Shown piece after piece: positions 61,701 through 64,000 of a stretch of DNA of 64,000 bases. Made by a program: the position numbers and the translations under genes. The notes under the pieces were generated by a model. It did not search any database and was not told the DNA's origin. It saw only the letters and a list, made by a program, of their open reading frames with translations. Position 1 is the stretch's first letter. Each line of letters begins with the position of its first letter. The stretch is from positions 93,173-157,172 of the forward strand of contig CAIOIC010000028.1 in the NCBI GenBank assembly GCA_903858275.1. The letters run 5' to 3'. This DNA comes from an uncultured Verrucomicrobia subdivision 3 bacterium (GTDB lineage Bacteria; Verrucomicrobiota; Verrucomicrobiia; Limisphaerales; UBA11358).

Positions 61701-62002
61701 AGCCACCAGTCGGTCGCGGGAAAATCGCGGCGGGAGAGCGAGAGCTTTTCGAAATAGTCCTCCAGCAGCAGCCAGGCTCTCTGGGAATCCGGGCAGCCGG
61801 CGAAGCCGCGCAGGATTTCCTCGCGCTCGGAAACCGTGTTCTTCGAATCCGACAGCTCGCGCCGCAGGTCGGCAAAGGCGCCGTAAGTCTGCGACAACAC
61901 CTTGTTGTTCGCGTCGTATTTGTTCGCGCCGCTGCGGGGCGAACCGTTTCCATTATTGGCAGGCGTTCTCGGCATCTGGGCAAAATAACTAGGTTCTATC
62001 AT
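58706..62002 (-). CDS. SNF2-family helicase with a long N-terminal accessory region (1098 aa)
   Basis: The start is taken at ATG 62000-62002, in frame ((62002-58706+1)/3 = 1099 codons). Helicase motifs LADDMGLGKT, DEAQ.IKN, TGTP.ENR, LSL.A.G.GLNL, QA.DR.HRIGQ. The track ORF extension to 62839 is antisense to asd. Confidence 0.88.
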   Translation of the reverse strand: MIEPSYFAQMPRTPANNGNGSPRSGANKYDANNKVLSQTYGAFADLRRELSDSKNTVSEREEILRGFAGCPDSQRAWLLLEDYFEKLSLSRRDFPATDWWLKMLATTGKARLEELAFLFLRAKRSVPPELQPHASLDRFARAEEAEQELRLVKELENWLSPPTPLHLDTPRATLRVVCKPQPDAQEPARFRLAVQFLLLRPRTGEKARSLHDLVDLVVRAAHEQELFTPWDWEFIQWIYDTHRERASNETTLLLADAELLQWLARWGHTNRLESAANGQPLFFHGHIVALAPHLENGDKELSFTHRILLPDGLNHSVAEAKFFNRQSPVALVGNEFFLLRNAPPTGVLKYLAQKPSVPVRKLSHRLLLHLRKSQANHGVDWEQLCVAHAAAPQFVFELLDDTVQLRLLAKSERDKSTWVWNSHEWVPHNRMIKPGEKPEILDDPRLEPAVQWLRKLDWFMQEPGLWIGDANENFLGSLAEAWAAKPTEAEFLGNAAFHRLFLTPHRLKPRLVVKGSGIDWLAVSAEWEAEGMKLSKSDLERLAAATSRFVKLPNAGWVELDTNAVQGAHEAMADMGVDGLIAVPQKVGLEHVAHLDEDGLQRFVDSPEAQALRDRVRDFKGVPSANLPKCLQAELRPYQKDGFDFLVHLVQVRLGGILADDMGLGKTLQTLTWLAWLKERNTKNPKPSLVICPASVLHNWRREAEKFTPGMKVLVLESGAARHNLRKQIPEHDIIVTNYALLRRDLEEFHKFAFRAVILDEAQFIKNPGAQVTQSVKQLKCENKIALTGTPLENRLLDLWSIVDFIQPNYLGNQEQFLDTYEPKGGENAESVQRIARRKLSAKLRPLLLRRLKKHVAKDLPDRIEERRDCPLGDEQRKLYLAELRRSRETIEQAVATQGLNKSKMHVLAALTRLRQVCCHPSLVGSDTASGKTDTLFELLDSLVAEGQKVLVFSQFVQMLNILEKECHARNIRTHILTGQTKDRQSVVNDFQKDTGGSVFLLSLRAAGTGLNLTNASYVVLYDPWWNPAVEAQAIDRSHRIGQTQTVNAYRLIAPGTVEEKIWELQQSKAQTIADVLGEEGFARSLTATDLEYLFAED

Positions 62003-62070
62003 TTCGACAGAACCCGCCTTGCCGGTCAATCGTAAAGAAAAAGTTTTTTGGTCGGGTGCTGGCGGCGCGA

Positions 62071-62098
62071 TTGACGCAGGCGGTTTTTTTGCTAGATT
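62071..62098 (+). promoter_or_regulatory. Candidate sigma-70-type promoter for asd (would give a very short leader)
   Basis: TTGACG (62071-62076), a 16-nt spacer, then TAGATT (62093-62098). The asd ATG is at 62111. Confidence 0.4.
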
Positions 62099-62110
62099 AT
62101 CCGGCCATTT

Positions 62111-63115
62111 ATGAACCGTAATCCTCACGTCGCAATTGTCGGTGCCACTGGCGCAGTCGGCATCGAGATGATCAAGACCCTTGAAAAGCGGAATTTCCCC
62201 GTGGGCAAGCTGACTTTGCTCGCCTCCGCCCGCTCGGTCGGGAAGAAATTGAAGTTCAAAGGGCAGGACATCACCGTGACGGAGCTGACGAAGGATTCGT
62301 TCAAAGGCATCGACATCGCGCTCTTCAGCGCGGGCGGCGGCATCTCGAAGGAATTCGCGCCCATCGCGGCCAGGGCCGGCTGCGTGGTCGTGGATAATTC
62401 CAGCGCGTTTCGTCAGGATCCGGACGTGCCGCTCGTTGTGCCCGAAATCAACGCTGCCGACGTGAAGCAACATAAGGGCATCATCGCCAACCCGAATTGC
62501 ACCACGGCCATCACGCTCATGGCGCTGTATCCGCTGCACCAGGCATTCGGCGTGAAGCGCATTTTTGCCTCCAGCTACCAGGCCGTCTCCGGCACCGGCG
62601 CGAAGGCGTTGGAAGAACTCGAACGCCAGGTGGAGCAGATCGTCGCCAAGCAGCCGGTGACGAAGGAAGTGTATCCGCACCAGATCGCGTTCAACGTGAT
62701 TCCGCATGTGGACTCGTTCTTGCCCACCGGCTACACCAAGGAAGAAATGAAGATGGAAAACGAAGGCCGCAAAATCATGCACCACGCGAACTTTCGCGCG
62801 AGCGTGACGTGTGTGCGGGTGCCGGTGTATCGTTCCCACTCCATTGCCGTGAGCGCGGAGTTTGAAAAGCCCGTGTCGCTCGAAGCGGCTCGCGCGGTCT
62901 TGAAAAAAGCCCCCGGTCTCGATGTGGTGGATGAGCCGGAAAATAAAAAATATCCGATGCCGCTGTTCACCTCCGAAAAATACAACTGCGAAGTCGGCCG
63001 TCTCCGTTTGGACTGCGCGCTGGATAATGGCCTGTGTTTTTGGGTTTCCGGCGATCAGTTGCTCAAGGGCGCGGCGCTCAACGCCGTGCAGATCGCGGAA
63101 GAGCTGGTGAAGTAA
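62111..63115 (+). CDS. asd: Aspartate-semialdehyde dehydrogenase
   Basis: 334 aa. VGATGAVG, NPNC.T and SYQA.SG.G blocks. Confidence 0.95.
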   Translation: MNRNPHVAIVGATGAVGIEMIKTLEKRNFPVGKLTLLASARSVGKKLKFKGQDITVTELTKDSFKGIDIALFSAGGGISKEFAPIAARAGCVVVDNSSAFRQDPDVPLVVPEINAADVKQHKGIIANPNCTTAITLMALYPLHQAFGVKRIFASSYQAVSGTGAKALEELERQVEQIVAKQPVTKEVYPHQIAFNVIPHVDSFLPTGYTKEEMKMENEGRKIMHHANFRASVTCVRVPVYRSHSIAVSAEFEKPVSLEAARAVLKKAPGLDVVDEPENKKYPMPLFTSEKYNCEVGRLRLDCALDNGLCFWVSGDQLLKGAALNAVQIAEELVK

Positions 63116-63140
63116 AATCGACAGCGGAACTTTAAATCAG

Positions 63141-63186
63141 GAAGGCAGGAATTCCGGAAACGGATTTCTGCCTTCTTGTTTTCTTC
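63141..63186 (+). terminator. Probable terminator hairpin after asd
   Basis: GAAGGCAGGAAT (63141-63152) / ATTTCTGCCTTC (63164-63175) with one mismatch and an 11-nt loop, followed by TTGTTTTCTTC. Confidence 0.55.
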
Positions 63187-63493
63187 ATTACAGCGTTAAG
63201 AAAAACTGGAGCGTATCAGGTTGGCGGCGTGTTCTCCCGCACCCGTGATCCCTACCGCTGGGAGTAGGAAACAGCCGCTGGGTGGCGGCTTAAAATCCGT
63301 TGGTTAACCGGGCAGTTTGCCGCTTTCGTCTGGCCAGAAAACGGCGAACGCAACTCCCTCTCCTTGCGGGCCGGGGTGAGGGAGATCGCCGCCGATATGC
63401 TTAATTAGGAGGGTGGCAATTTAGGAAATAGATTCCTGCCTTCTTGCTTTCCTTATTTAATTCTTGGCGGCCTTGGCGTCTTGGTGGTTTAAA

Positions 63494-63919
63494 TTACGGC
63501 TTGCCCGCCGATTTGGTGTAGGCGCTCATTAATTTGATGTTCGCCTCCTTGGCCAGGTCCATGACTTTGACGATGCTTTCCCATGGCGCTTTTTTATCGG
63601 CGCGCACGGCCAGCTTGGTGTCCGCCTTTTCCTTCACCGCCGCCAGCAGCCGGGCGCGCAGCTGATCCGGCGTCACCGGCAGGCTTTCCGCGCCGAATCG
63701 CAAGCCGCCTTTTTCATCAATGCTCACGACCAGCGGTGGGTTTTCGTTGGCGCCGGATTTCAGTGCCTGCGAGGATTCCGGCAGCGCCAGGCGCAGCGCC
63801 GGTTGCTGCTTGAAGGTCGTCGTCACCAGCAGGAAAATCACCAGCACGATGAGTACGTCAATCAGCGCGACGATGATGACGGCGGGCGCGGTGCGGCGTT
63901 TGTGAACGAGAAAGCGCAT
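63494..63919 (-). CDS. exbD: Biopolymer transport protein ExbD/TolR
   Basis: MRFLVHKRRTAPAVIIVALIDVLIVLVIFLLV TM anchor plus a periplasmic domain. The track start at 63937 lies inside the heptamer repeat, so ATG 63919 is preferred. Confidence 0.85.
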   Translation of the reverse strand: MRFLVHKRRTAPAVIIVALIDVLIVLVIFLLVTTTFKQQPALRLALPESSQALKSGANENPPLVVSIDEKGGLRFGAESLPVTPDQLRARLLAAVKEKADTKLAVRADKKAPWESIVKVMDLAKEANIKLMSAYTKSAGKP

Positions 63920-63932
63920 AATCAAGAAGGAA

Positions 63933-63967
63933 AACATTCAACATTTAACATCGAACATTCAACTCCC
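63933..63967 (-). repeat. Heptanucleotide tandem repeat (GAATGTT-like x5) directly upstream of, and overlapping, the first exbD ATG
   Basis: The plus strand reads AACATTC AACATTT AACATCG AACATTC AACTCCC. In gene orientation this is GGGAGTT GAATGTT CGATGTT AAATGTT GAATGTT. Confidence 0.9.
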
Positions 63968-64000
63968 AATGGAATTGCCCACGCCGGAACCTTGGATGTT

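Noticed and set aside
62003-62839. N-terminal 279 codons of the 1377-aa track ORF (58706-62839)
   Set aside because: This part runs antisense to the well-supported asd gene (62111-63115) and has Arg/His-rich shadow composition. The helicase-like sequence begins only after the in-frame ATG at 62002.
63190-63420. Possible small RNA or pseudogene in the asd/exbD convergent spacer
   Set aside because: It contains only REP-style pieces (a CCGCTGGG duplicate, a CTCCCTC...GAGGGAG hairpin at 63354-63384). There is no promoter-like motif and no coherent ORF, so I treated it as repeat debris or terminator region.
1-64000. tRNA, rRNA, tmRNA, RNase P, transposase, integrase or prophage genes
   Set aside because: I scanned every intergenic region longer than 80 nt by eye and saw no cloverleaf-like or known conserved RNA sequence. 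No ORF has transposase or integrase motifs. A tRNAscan or Infernal run would be needed to exclude these formally.

Overview
The window is a high-GC (about 60% by eye) bacterial chromosomal segment. Gene content and repeat style suggest the PVC group or Verrucomicrobiota, but that is inference only. I support about 58 protein genes and found no rRNA, tRNA, CRISPR array, transposase or integrase by eye.

Layout:
- 1-563: the 3' end of a DUF2867-like gene.
- 735-16026: a co-directional minus-strand block. It holds an OmpR/CusR-like regulator, a histidine kinase, a DUF3570-like protein, an ApbE flavin transferase, a TlpA thioredoxin and a DUF4266 lipoprotein. These are followed by two paralogous Ig-repeat surface proteins (428 aa and 2200 aa), DsbD and a small secreted EF-hand protein.
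- 16556-29400: a ribosomal protein / secY / rpoA cluster. It starts abruptly at rplB and lacks rpmD and adk.
- 29449-30522: a 1.1-kb repeat-rich noncoding island.
- 30523-63919: housekeeping and accessory genes. These are an FAD oxidoreductase, a GH43-like protein, a beta-carbonic anhydrase, purE, an MFS transporter, a TfoX-like protein, an ATP-cone/kinase fusion, yajC, secDF, a TerC-family protein, recJ, ispD, an S41 peptidase, tsaD, an SLT-domain protein, hrpB, several hypothetical proteins, an aminotransferase, an orphan RelE/ParE-like toxin, deoC, an SNF2 helicase, asd and exbD.

Best candidates for something undescribed:
1. The sensor-controlled DUF3570/ApbE/TlpA/DUF4266 operon. The DUF3570-like protein carries a consensus ApbE flavinylation motif (DSVSGAT).
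2. The Ig-repeat protein pair, which shares a bipartite ESPR-like leader and a C-terminal FYRL tail domain.
3. A 110-nt structured repeat with a compensatory stem change in a third, truncated copy.
4. Heptanucleotide tandem repeats that abut start codons and sit in frame inside recJ, plus a REP-like in-frame insertion in tsaD.

All family assignments come from reading the translations. No database search was run.
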